From: Alkalispirochaeta sp. | Lineage (GTDB): Bacteria; Spirochaetota; Spirochaetia; DSM-27196; Alkalispirochaetaceae | Length of the DNA: 64,000 nucleotides | Reading direction: 5' to 3' | NCBI GenBank assembly: GCA_965601925.1 | Contig: OZ271854.1 | Coordinates: forward strand, 4,576,001-4,640,000 | In this document: one piece after another, positions 39,628-48,155 of the stretch | How positions within the stretch are numbered: the stretch's first letter is position 1 | Layout: the number at the start of each line of letters is the position of its first letter | The notes under the pieces: model-generated | The model's database searches: none | What the model saw: the letters and a program-made list of their open reading frames with translations, nothing else | Told to the model about the DNA's origin: nothing | Translations under genes and position numbers: made by a program

Positions 39628-40133
39628 ATCGCACCATTACGGGAAAAGCGCACCTATTCGGGAAAAATATCAGCACAGACCAGATTTATCCCGGGCAGTA
39701 CCTCGATCTGGTTGAGCCCTGCGAGATCGCCGAGCATTGCATGGAAGGCGCCGATCCGGCGTTCGTAAAAAACGTCGACGCCGGAGACATCGTAGTGGCA
39801 GGTACTAACTTCGGCTGCGGGTCGAGCCGGGAGCACGCCGCTATCGCCTTAGTTGAGGCGGGCGTGGCGTGCGTCGTCGCCGAGTCCTTTGCACGCATCT
39901 TCTACCGCAACGCGATCAACTTGGCGCTTCCGGTGATCGTCTGCAAAGAGATCGGTGCCTTTGCCGCCGCAGGAGATATCCTTTCGGTCGACCCGTCGAC
40001 CGGTGCGATAGAGAACATAACCGCCGGTACCTCGACCCGAGGAGAACGTATCTCCGGCTACGCGTTAGAAATCATCCGCAAGGGCGGCATCAAGGCGATC
40101 TTCCGTGAGAAGACGCGCGCGATGTACGGGTAA
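39624..40133 (+). CDS. leuD: Aconitase-family hydratase small subunit (LeuD/HacB type)
   Basis: NISTDQIYPGQYL, NFGCGSSREHA, SFARIFYRNAINLALP; ATGA overlap with the large subunit. Confidence 0.9.
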   Translation: MNRTITGKAHLFGKNISTDQIYPGQYLDLVEPCEIAEHCMEGADPAFVKNVDAGDIVVAGTNFGCGSSREHAAIALVEAGVACVVAESFARIFYRNAINLALPVIVCKEIGAFAAAGDILSVDPSTGAIENITAGTSTRGERISGYALEIIRKGGIKAIFREKTRAMYG

Positions 40134-40200
40134 CACGTATCGAAGTAGGGCGCGCAGATGCACGCCGTCTACGATGAACGGACGGCCCCCAAAGCGAACC

Positions 40201-41283
40201 CTAAAACGTTCTACCCTCCTCGGCGAGAAGCTTCTCGTTCCACTCCATACCGAGCCCCGGCCGATCGCTCATCATCACGTATCCGTCCTTGAACTCCGGC
40301 GGCTCAACCAGCTCGGTACGAAAGTTTCTGAGGTAGTTCTCGACGACCAGTCCGTGCTCTACCGCGGCGACGACGACGCACCCGAGAGAGCCCTGGCCGT
40401 GAGGCGCCATCTTGAGGTGGTGGGCGCCGGCGATCGCGGCGATACGCATCCACTCGCTGATGCCGCCGCAATTGTTGGGATCCGCCTGCACGACGGCGAC
40501 GCCGCCTCGGGCGATCAGATCGCGAAAGCCCCACCGCGTGTGTTCGTTCTCGCCGCTCGCGACCGGCATCGCCAGCGCGTCGGCGACCCTTGCCGACCCC
40601 TCGTAGTCGTCGGCGCGCACCGGCTCCTCAAACCAATACGGATCATACGCCTCGATCAGTCTCCCGAAGCGGATCGCCGTGGTCGCGTCCCACGCGTTGT
40701 TGGCGTCGACCATGAGCGCAATGTCGTCGCCGACGGCGCCTCTGACCGCCTTGACGCGCTCGGCATCCTCTTTGAGTGAAATGCCGGGCCAACCGACCTT
40801 CATCTTCACGGCGCGAAAGCCCTGGGAGACGTAGGTCGTCATCTCGTCACAGAGTTCGCGTATACCCTTGCCCTCCTCGTAGTAACCCCCGGCGGCGTAC
40901 GCCCACAAGCGCTCCTGCGCACCCCCGAGGAGTTTCCACGTCGGCTGGTTGCACACTTTGCCCTGGAGGTCCCACAGGGCGTTGTCGGCGGCGCTGATCG
41001 TCCCGATGAACTCACCTTTGGCGACCGGTTTGCGCGTGCCGCCCATGTAGAGCTTGTCCCACAGGTAGCTAATGCGGAGCGGATCCTCGCCGATTAGCTT
41101 CTTTCGGAGCGTCTCCAAATTGGTCTTGACCGAGGCGGCGCAGAGGGTCATTCCGGTGATACCCTCGTCGGTATGGATCTCAAGGCGGGCACGCTTCTTC
41201 TTCCTGGTCGTCTTGATCGCGTTCCAGAAGGGTTTTCTCAGCTCCATCTCAACGATGGTGAGTTTAACGGCGGTAATTTTCAC
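40201..41283 (-). CDS. Mandelate racemase-subgroup enzyme, close paralogue of 30731-31816
   Basis: [67 protein letters not shown] at 41283 after AGGAG. Confidence 0.9.
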   Translation of the reverse strand: MKITAVKLTIVEMELRKPFWNAIKTTRKKKRARLEIHTDEGITGMTLCAASVKTNLETLRKKLIGEDPLRISYLWDKLYMGGTRKPVAKGEFIGTISAADNALWDLQGKVCNQPTWKLLGGAQERLWAYAAGGYYEEGKGIRELCDEMTTYVSQGFRAVKMKVGWPGISLKEDAERVKAVRGAVGDDIALMVDANNAWDATTAIRFGRLIEAYDPYWFEEPVRADDYEGSARVADALAMPVASGENEHTRWGFRDLIARGGVAVVQADPNNCGGISEWMRIAAIAGAHHLKMAPHGQGSLGCVVVAAVEHGLVVENYLRNFRTELVEPPEFKDGYVMMSDRPGLGMEWNEKLLAEEGRTF

Positions 41284-41321
41284 GTAGGTACTCCTTCTCG
41301 TAGTAGTCGATTCGTCGGTCG

Positions 41322-42767
41322 CTATCGGTGCGGAAAGACCATGAGCGAGGCGAGCTCGGTGACGTCGGCGACATCCTCCAACGTCCAGACGCACTCGATG
41401 ATCCGATCGATCCGCGCGGTATCCATATATTCCTCGGCCATCGTACGAAACTTTTCCTCGAGCTCTCCGTCGGTGACCGGGTCGTCACCGATACCGTGGG
41501 GAACTTCGATCCGTTTGACCAAGCGGCGACCGTCGCGCGTCAGAATTACCGAGACTGCGGCGCGGCCGAGGGGCCCGGCGTCATCGATGATTTTGAGGTG
41601 AACCCTGCCGGCGAGGTCGATGATAACGGGATCGTCGAAGTGTTCCTCGCGATACGCCTCGGCACCGAGGGTGCGCCTGGCGATGATCGACGCCGTCGTG
41701 AAATAGGCGCTGTGGTCCGCCGTCTCGCCGTTGCGTGGGTAGCGCCATGAGCCGAGATAGCTGTTGTTGCGCCAGAGCCCTACCGGCACGTGGAGGGTAA
41801 CCGACTCGATGTCCGCTGGGCCGAGGTCGTGCTCGACGACCAAGGCGTGCGTCGCCGCGAGGTGCGTCCGATTTCCCCCCGAGGCGGCAAAGGTCTTGTA
41901 CTTCGTATCCAAAATGCGCCATACGTTAAAGTTGAGAAGCGCTTCGAGATCCATCTCATCGTCCAAAAGCCCCTGTTTGACGCCGCCGTGTCCCTCCACC
42001 ACGCGGATCGGCCCGGTAAAGCCCTCCTTCGCCAAAAGGCACGAGAGGATTGCGTGGTAGGAGCCGAACCCGAAGCGCAGGTTCTTGGCCATCGTCAGCT
42101 CCTCCTGGCAGGAGTCGAGAATGTAAAGTGGGAAACTGTGGCTCGCCGAAATCCCCACGGCGTTGGCGATCTCTTCTTCCGAGAGTCCTAACAGTCGCCC
42201 CAGGACCGGCGGCATGCTCAGTGCCGCTCGAGCGTCGAAATTGAGTCCCTTCTTTTTCCACGCCGTTCCCGATCCGCCGCCGGCGGTCAGCGCAGGGCCG
42301 GTAAGAGAGTCGGTGATGCGGGCGCCCAACTCGTAGGAGGCGACGACGGCGGTCAAAAAGCTCCGCCCGCCGGCGTGTTGGCGCTCGGCGACGGCGAGAA
42401 TCGCCGGAATGGCGTCGCTGTTGTGCCCCCCTCCCCCACCGTCGTTGAAGTCGAGATAGCGCGTCAAAAAGGAGTTGACGACGGTCGCGTTGAGCGCGCT
42501 GGTCCGAATACCGGTCCCGAAGGTGGTCGCCTCCTCGACACCGCCGACGGCGCGAATCGCCCGCTCGCACGCCGCGCGTCCCGGCGCGTAGTAGGCGCCG
42601 ATCGCACACCCCAGGGCGTCCAGAACGGACCGTTTTGCCTGCCCGACGACCGCCGGGGGCAGCTCGTCGTAGTCGAGTCGGAGGGCGTACCGCGCGAGTT
42701 GCCAGGCGACGCTCGAGCGATATTGAAGGTCCCTCCGTTCCCAGTACAAATCTTTCAGTCGATGCAC
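41322..42767 (-). CDS. MmgE/PrpD-family protein
   Basis: DALGCAIGA, RYLDFND...GHNSD, GFTGP..VVEG..G, ETADHS, LEEKF. GTG at 42767 after AAAGGAG (ATG at 42794 is an alternative). Confidence 0.92.
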   Translation of the reverse strand: MHRLKDLYWERRDLQYRSSVAWQLARYALRLDYDELPPAVVGQAKRSVLDALGCAIGAYYAPGRAACERAIRAVGGVEEATTFGTGIRTSALNATVVNSFLTRYLDFNDGGGGGHNSDAIPAILAVAERQHAGGRSFLTAVVASYELGARITDSLTGPALTAGGGSGTAWKKKGLNFDARAALSMPPVLGRLLGLSEEEIANAVGISASHSFPLYILDSCQEELTMAKNLRFGFGSYHAILSCLLAKEGFTGPIRVVEGHGGVKQGLLDDEMDLEALLNFNVWRILDTKYKTFAASGGNRTHLAATHALVVEHDLGPADIESVTLHVPVGLWRNNSYLGSWRYPRNGETADHSAYFTTASIIARRTLGAEAYREEHFDDPVIIDLAGRVHLKIIDDAGPLGRAAVSVILTRDGRRLVKRIEVPHGIGDDPVTDGELEEKFRTMAEEYMDTARIDRIIECVWTLEDVADVTELASLMVFPHR

Positions 42768-42812
42768 GCACTCTCCTTTGTCAGTTTCATACACTCTGCC
42801 CCAGGGAGCGGA

Positions 42813-42880
42813 ATTCTACCACTGCGAGTTTCGGCCCTTGCCGTCGACGACGCTTCAAAAAATCGACAACTCTTCACTAT
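42813..42880 (-). promoter_or_regulatory. Putative promoter of the prpD-like operon, sharing a motif with the oad promoter
   Basis: Minus strand reads ATAGTGAAG-N10-TTTTT-GAAG-N34-TAGAAT, with an extended -10 TG. Confidence 0.45.
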
Positions 42881-42932
42881 TCGGCGGACCGCATTGACGC
42901 CCTACCGGAGCCGTGCCACGATTTTCGAGCAT

Positions 42933-44030
42933 ATGAACATAACCGGATTGACGAGTTACTATACCCGCGGCGCTTACTACGTCGCCGTAGATACCGCGGA
43001 GGGGGTACGGGGAGTCGGCGAGTGCAGCCGCATGCACAACGACGCAGTCGCCCAAATTATGGACAAGACGATCGCGCCGGCGGTGATCGGCACGTCGATC
43101 TTCGATACCGAGCTTCTCGAAGAGCGGGTGATGACACGCCACTACAAGATCTCAGGCCAGCTCTTGGCCATGGCGTTCAGCGGTGTGGAGATCGCCGTCC
43201 AGGACGCCCGCGCCCGGGCGGTCGGGCAACCGCTGTACAACCTCATCGGCGGCCGATATCGATCCTCGATTCCCCTGTACGCCTCCTTGACCCTCCGCAA
43301 CATGAGCCTGGAAGAGGAGTGCGCCTTTATCGCCCAACGGGTGGCCGAGGGCGGATTTGAGGGCGTCAAGATCAAGATCGGTCCCCGTATGGGCCGCTCA
43401 CGAGAGATCGTAGATATCGAGGAGGACGTGAAGAAGGTTCGCGCCGTACGCGCCGCTCTCGGTCCCGGTCCCAAGCTCATGATCGACGCCAACAGCTCCT
43501 ACAACTACATCCAAGCGGTGCGCCTCTGGGAGCGCGTCAAAGAGTACGATATCTACCACTTCGAGGAGCCGTGCCCCTACTGGGACGTCGAGACGTACGT
43601 CAAACTCGCCTCGACGTTGCCCGTTGCGATCCATGTAGGAGAGCAGGATTGGAACTTGTACACCTTTCGCGACTTTGTCGCTCGCGGGGCGTGCCACCTC
43701 TACGCCGTAGACCCCGTCAAGTGCGGCGGCATTTCCAACGCAAAACGCGCCGCAACGCTCTGCCGCGCCCACGGCGTCACCTATGTGCCGCACAACACGT
43801 CCCGCGGCGTCGGTTTGGCGTCGATGCTCCACATTGCCGCATCCACGCCAGAGTTCAACTATTACGGTGAATACAAGATCAATCCCTTTGAAAAGGCCGA
43901 GGAGTATCTCGTCGAACGCCTTCCCATCGCCGACGGGCGCATCGCGGTGCCCGAGGGGCCTGGACTCGGCATCGAGATCGATTGGGACGAGCTCACCAAG
44001 ACGACGACGGTCGTTAAGCACGCGCGTTAG
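42933..44030 (+). CDS. Mandelate racemase/muconate lactonizing enzyme family protein
   Basis: GVGE, SGVEIAVQD, KIKIG, IDAN, FEEP, VGEQ, KCGG, VPHN. ATG at 42933 (ORF-track 42375 is an over-extension), preceded by TTGACG-N17-CACGAT. Confidence 0.9.
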   Translation: MNITGLTSYYTRGAYYVAVDTAEGVRGVGECSRMHNDAVAQIMDKTIAPAVIGTSIFDTELLEERVMTRHYKISGQLLAMAFSGVEIAVQDARARAVGQPLYNLIGGRYRSSIPLYASLTLRNMSLEEECAFIAQRVAEGGFEGVKIKIGPRMGRSREIVDIEEDVKKVRAVRAALGPGPKLMIDANSSYNYIQAVRLWERVKEYDIYHFEEPCPYWDVETYVKLASTLPVAIHVGEQDWNLYTFRDFVARGACHLYAVDPVKCGGISNAKRAATLCRAHGVTYVPHNTSRGVGLASMLHIAASTPEFNYYGEYKINPFEKAEEYLVERLPIADGRIAVPEGPGLGIEIDWDELTKTTTVVKHAR

Positions 44031-44142
44031 CGCCGAGAAGGAGTATGGCGTTCATATCGACAGCCGTCGACGGCCATCCGGGGTCGTTTGTGAGTTTTCC
44101 GTTAGTATGCGATACTGACGGGCCGAATATGGGGAGATCCCT

Positions 44143-45603
44143 GTGACACTACTGAGGCGCGTATGTGTCGTCGTCGCCGCGATGGTGTTGACGGCGGCGT
44201 GCGGCGCTCCTCCGCAAACGGGTAACGGCACCGCGTCGGCGCCCCATACGATCTCAATCGTCACAGTCTATGAAGGGTCACGGCGTCCGACCGACGACTC
44301 ACACACCATCCGGCGCATGGAGGAGTACGCCGGCGTCGACCTCGATATCGAATGGGTACCGGCACGTATCTACGAGGATCGGATGAGCGTCATCTTGACC
44401 TCCGGAGAGGCGCCGATGGTCATAACCGCCCTGGACACGACCTCGCCGACGGTCGTCGACGCCGTTCAGAGCGATCGGTTTTGGGAGATCGGCCCCGCCC
44501 TGAGACAATTCTCTCGATTACGCATTATGGATCGGACGCTCTATCGCCATACGTCGATCGACGGCGAGATCTACGGCGTCGTCCGGGCGCGCAACCGAGC
44601 CCCGTGGGGCGTCGTCTATCGTAAGGACTGGCTTGAGCGCCTGGGACTCGACGAGCCGCGGTCGATCGAGGAGCTCTACGAGACATTGGCCGCCTTTGCC
44701 GCGATCGACACGGACGGCGACGGCGGGAACGACTCCTACGGAATCACCGAGAGCGTCGATCCCAACGGGGAGATACTCGGCTTTCCGATCGTGACCTCGT
44801 ATTTCGGCGGTTTCCCGAGCTGGGGGTTCTACTTCGGCGAGATCGTGCCGGCGCACCTCACGCCGGCGTACCGCCGCGCCATGGAGTTCTATCGCCGACT
44901 CTACTCGGAAGGGATTCTCGCCCCCGATTTTGTATACGCCGATCGCGCAATTCGTCGGCGGAACTTTGACGAAGGACGTGCCGGATTGTACTTCGGTGCC
45001 CTGGAGGACGCGTTACACCACGATCTCGACGACTCCGCAGGCGAGGTCGACGTCATCGGTCGCCTCCTCTCGCCCTTGGGTTACTACCGAGTACCCGCCG
45101 CCGCGGGGCACAGCGGTATTTTTATGTTTCCCCGCGCGACGATCGAGAACGAAGGGGAGCTCGAACGCGTTCTCGCCTTCTTCGAACGCCTGTGCGAGCC
45201 GCCGATGCAGGAGCTGTTGCGTTGGGGCATCGACGACGGAGGACCGGACGACCGCCGCGACTCATCGCTCTCCGAGGCGTTGGAGGTCAGGCGACAGTTC
45301 AGGATCTGTTATCCCGAGACCGTTCGAGGCGATACACCGCTGTCGAGTCTGGCGGAAAAAATCTATCGCATCCAAGAGGAGAACGTGCAGTATCTGACGG
45401 AGAGTCCGACGGAGTCTCTCGTCTCCCCGACCTATCGAGAGCGCGGTCCGGATTTGACGCGGATCGTCAACGACGCGCGCCTACAGTTCATCCTCGGGGA
45501 GATCGACTGGGACGGGTGGGAGGCGGCGATCGAATCGTGGCGCGAGAACGGCGGTGACGAGATGGTGCGAGAATACAATGCGCAATATCGTGCGGGGCGA
45601 TAA
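44143..45603 (+). CDS. Extracellular solute-binding lipoprotein, family 1 (LplA-like)
   Basis: Lipobox LTAAC, DGEIYGV, YRKDWLERLGLDEP, LYSEGIL..DF, WRENGGD; no adjacent permease. Confidence 0.9.
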   Translation: MTLLRRVCVVVAAMVLTAACGAPPQTGNGTASAPHTISIVTVYEGSRRPTDDSHTIRRMEEYAGVDLDIEWVPARIYEDRMSVILTSGEAPMVITALDTTSPTVVDAVQSDRFWEIGPALRQFSRLRIMDRTLYRHTSIDGEIYGVVRARNRAPWGVVYRKDWLERLGLDEPRSIEELYETLAAFAAIDTDGDGGNDSYGITESVDPNGEILGFPIVTSYFGGFPSWGFYFGEIVPAHLTPAYRRAMEFYRRLYSEGILAPDFVYADRAIRRRNFDEGRAGLYFGALEDALHHDLDDSAGEVDVIGRLLSPLGYYRVPAAAGHSGIFMFPRATIENEGELERVLAFFERLCEPPMQELLRWGIDDGGPDDRRDSSLSEALEVRRQFRICYPETVRGDTPLSSLAEKIYRIQEENVQYLTESPTESLVSPTYRERGPDLTRIVNDARLQFILGEIDWDGWEAAIESWRENGGDEMVREYNAQYRAGR

Positions 45604-45605
45604 CG

Positions 45606-47924
45606 GTGACTAACGTCTCTCTGTTTCTCCGCTCTCGACGCTATCTCGTCCGTATTTTCAGCTTTGTAGCCGGTGCGTTGACCCTCTTGTTGACCCTCTT
45701 CTCGGTCATTTACTACACCAACGTGCAGCGTCGCGTCATCGCCGGCGAGCACGCCGTCGCCCTGCGCGAGCTGATCCAGGTACGACATCACATCGCCCTC
45801 GTCGACGAGATGGTCAGAAATGCTTCGCGCTACGTCTATTTTCATCCGGCGACACAGGAGCTGCTGGTTAATGATGATGTCGACCACATCGCCTCGGCCA
45901 ACTACGCGCTCTATCGCTCGTTTCAGCGCCTCCTCGCCGTCTCCTCGGTATTCGATTCCCTGTATCTGTTCAACGCCAACACGGGGACGGTCTATTCGAC
46001 GGATCGCGGCATATTCCGTTCGCCCCAGGCGATCGACGAGCTCCTGACGCGCTACCCGCAGCTCTCGGCGTTTCAACCGGTGTTGCGCCGCGATACCGCG
46101 GGGCTGATCGAGGGCGGCGAGGGCGTGTGGGTGCTGTCATACTTCCTCGGCACGACGCGGCGAGACGACGAGGGGCACGGAGGCGTACTCTTCAATATCG
46201 ATCCGGGACGCCTCCTGGGGAACATACACGCCGACGGCGGCGGGACGGACGATCGTCTCTTTATCGTGACCGACGAGGGGCTGGTGATCGATCCGGTGGA
46301 AGGTCCTGAGGCGCTCCCGATCGCCGCGCGACAAGTCGTGACGGAACGCGAGCCGTCGGGACACCTGGTGATACGGACCGGTGGAGACCGCTTTCTGATC
46401 AGTTATGCCGCTGTGGAGCGCTTGGGCTGGACCGTCGTGCGGATGAGGCCGTATCGCACGGCGTTGGCGCTCTCGCAACAGCTCAGACGGCCCAACATCA
46501 TCATCACCGTTTTATTCCTCACCTTCGTCGTCCTTACGGCGGTCTTCGTCTCTCTCGTGCTCTACCGGCCGGTTCGGCGACTCGTCGAGGCCGTCGAAAT
46601 CGACTCGATGAGCGCCGCCGAGGGTGGTGATTCGGAGTTTGAGATACTGCAAGACGCCTACGCCGACCTCGCCTCGCGCCTGGACGCGATGCGTCTCCAC
46701 GAGTACGCCAATACCGACACATTGAAGCGGTACTCGCTCCGGACACTCTTCATCGATAGTTTTGCCGTCGAGACGGCCGACGTCGAACGGCGCGGCGTCG
46801 CCGCCGATATGGAGGTCGATCTATTGCGCCCATTGATCGTCGCCGTCGCGCGGATAGACGGATTACGCGATTTGGCGGCGCACCGGAGCGACGAGGAGTT
46901 GGAGCTCCTCAAACTCGGCACGATGAAGGAGGCGACGGACATACTCGCCGAACACCGTATCGCCGCCGAGGCGGCACCCATGCCTCGGGGACGCGTGGGA
47001 ATCTTGATCAACACGACCTCGCCGGGAGACGCCTACATCGATACCCTCACGCCCATCGTGCGAAGCCTCCAACGGCGGGTTGCCGGGGAGTACGGGATAA
47101 CGGTCTCCGTCGCCCTTAGCGAGCCGGTCGACGATGTGAGGGCGGTAACGCAGGCGTACAACCAGGCGCGAGAGTGGGTACGGTTTCGCAAGGTGCGGGG
47201 CCGCGCCGCGGTGATCACCGCCCGGGAGGCGCACGCCCAGAGTCACGACGCCAATACGTCGTACCCTGAGGAGATCGAGACGTGCCTCCTCGATCACCTC
47301 GCGCGCGGGGAGATCGAGGAGGCCACGGCCGACCTCGCGGAGTTCTTCGGTCGCCTTACGTCGCTGCGCTACCACGATATCGGGCTGAGCATCGCGCGCC
47401 TTCTCGTCGCCATACAGTCGAAGGCCGACGATATCGGGCGCCAGCGCATGCAATCGCTCACCCTCGATCTGTCGACGGTGTACGAGGCGATCTTTACCAG
47501 CGAGCCCCTCGATACCGTGCAGGAACAGATAGCCGAATGGTTGAAACGTTTCGCATCGAACGCGAGCCACGGCCGCAGCGACAAGAGTCAGCTACTCGTA
47601 CAGACGGTAGACGAAATCATCGCCGCAAACATCACCGACGGGGGCCTGTGTCTCAAGACGATCGCCGGCTCACTCCACCTCTCTCCGGCGCACGTCGGCA
47701 AGGTCTACAAACGGCACCAAGGATTCTCCGTGGCAAACGCCATTAACGAGATGCGCCTTACCAAGGCGAGCGAGTTGATCCTGAGCCGCGACATGACCGT
47801 CACCGACGTGATCGCCGCAGTCGGCATCCAGAACGAAACCTACTTCTACCGCCTTTTCAAACAGCGCTTCGGTACGACGCCGCGGGAGTTTGTGCTGCGC
47901 CAGGCGCAACCGTCCAAGTCGTAA
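45606..47924 (+). CDS. Membrane-anchored AraC-family regulator, paralogue of 26385-28712
   Basis: Two TM helices, Cache-like sensor region, C-terminal LCLKTIAGSLHLSPAHVGKVYK...VGIQNETYFYRLFKQRFGTTPREF. Confidence 0.92.
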   Translation: MTNVSLFLRSRRYLVRIFSFVAGALTLLLTLFSVIYYTNVQRRVIAGEHAVALRELIQVRHHIALVDEMVRNASRYVYFHPATQELLVNDDVDHIASANYALYRSFQRLLAVSSVFDSLYLFNANTGTVYSTDRGIFRSPQAIDELLTRYPQLSAFQPVLRRDTAGLIEGGEGVWVLSYFLGTTRRDDEGHGGVLFNIDPGRLLGNIHADGGGTDDRLFIVTDEGLVIDPVEGPEALPIAARQVVTEREPSGHLVIRTGGDRFLISYAAVERLGWTVVRMRPYRTALALSQQLRRPNIIITVLFLTFVVLTAVFVSLVLYRPVRRLVEAVEIDSMSAAEGGDSEFEILQDAYADLASRLDAMRLHEYANTDTLKRYSLRTLFIDSFAVETADVERRGVAADMEVDLLRPLIVAVARIDGLRDLAAHRSDEELELLKLGTMKEATDILAEHRIAAEAAPMPRGRVGILINTTSPGDAYIDTLTPIVRSLQRRVAGEYGITVSVALSEPVDDVRAVTQAYNQAREWVRFRKVRGRAAVITAREAHAQSHDANTSYPEEIETCLLDHLARGEIEEATADLAEFFGRLTSLRYHDIGLSIARLLVAIQSKADDIGRQRMQSLTLDLSTVYEAIFTSEPLDTVQEQIAEWLKRFASNASHGRSDKSQLLVQTVDEIIAANITDGGLCLKTIAGSLHLSPAHVGKVYKRHQGFSVANAINEMRLTKASELILSRDMTVTDVIAAVGIQNETYFYRLFKQRFGTTPREFVLRQAQPSKS

Positions 47925-48074
47925 GACTTCCGATACGCCTGACGCGGCGTCCCGAGCCCGTGGAGAGGCGTTTATGTGTCGCCGGTATTCGGTAACTCTA
48001 TCAATCGACGTCCCGTTCAGGCCACACGGCGCCGCATAAAAAAATCCGGGCTCTCGGTTTCGGAGCCGAATACG

Positions 48075-48126
48075 GAGGAATACCTAGTTTTTGCAGTTTA
48101 CAGTTGAAAACTGCGCCCCGGATAAT
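48075..48126 (+). promoter_or_regulatory. Promoter of the Dpp-type permease operon with a conserved upstream motif
   Basis: GAGGAATACCTAGTTTTTGCAGTTTACAGTT; TTTACA-N18-GATAAT. Confidence 0.65.
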
Positions 48127-48155
48127 CGGAGACCTGAAGGAGGGCTCATCCGGTT

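Noticed and set aside
29664..40133. Leucine biosynthesis operon (leuB-like plus leuCD)
   Set aside because: The dehydrogenase has TtuC/DmlA signatures (PDHISLWG, ATKSNG), there is no leuA, and the neighbours are catabolic.
48037..48068. A7 tract plus short hairpin (ggctc...gagcc) as a terminator
   Set aside because: The stem is weak, the tract is not adjacent to it, and no minus-strand gene ends here.
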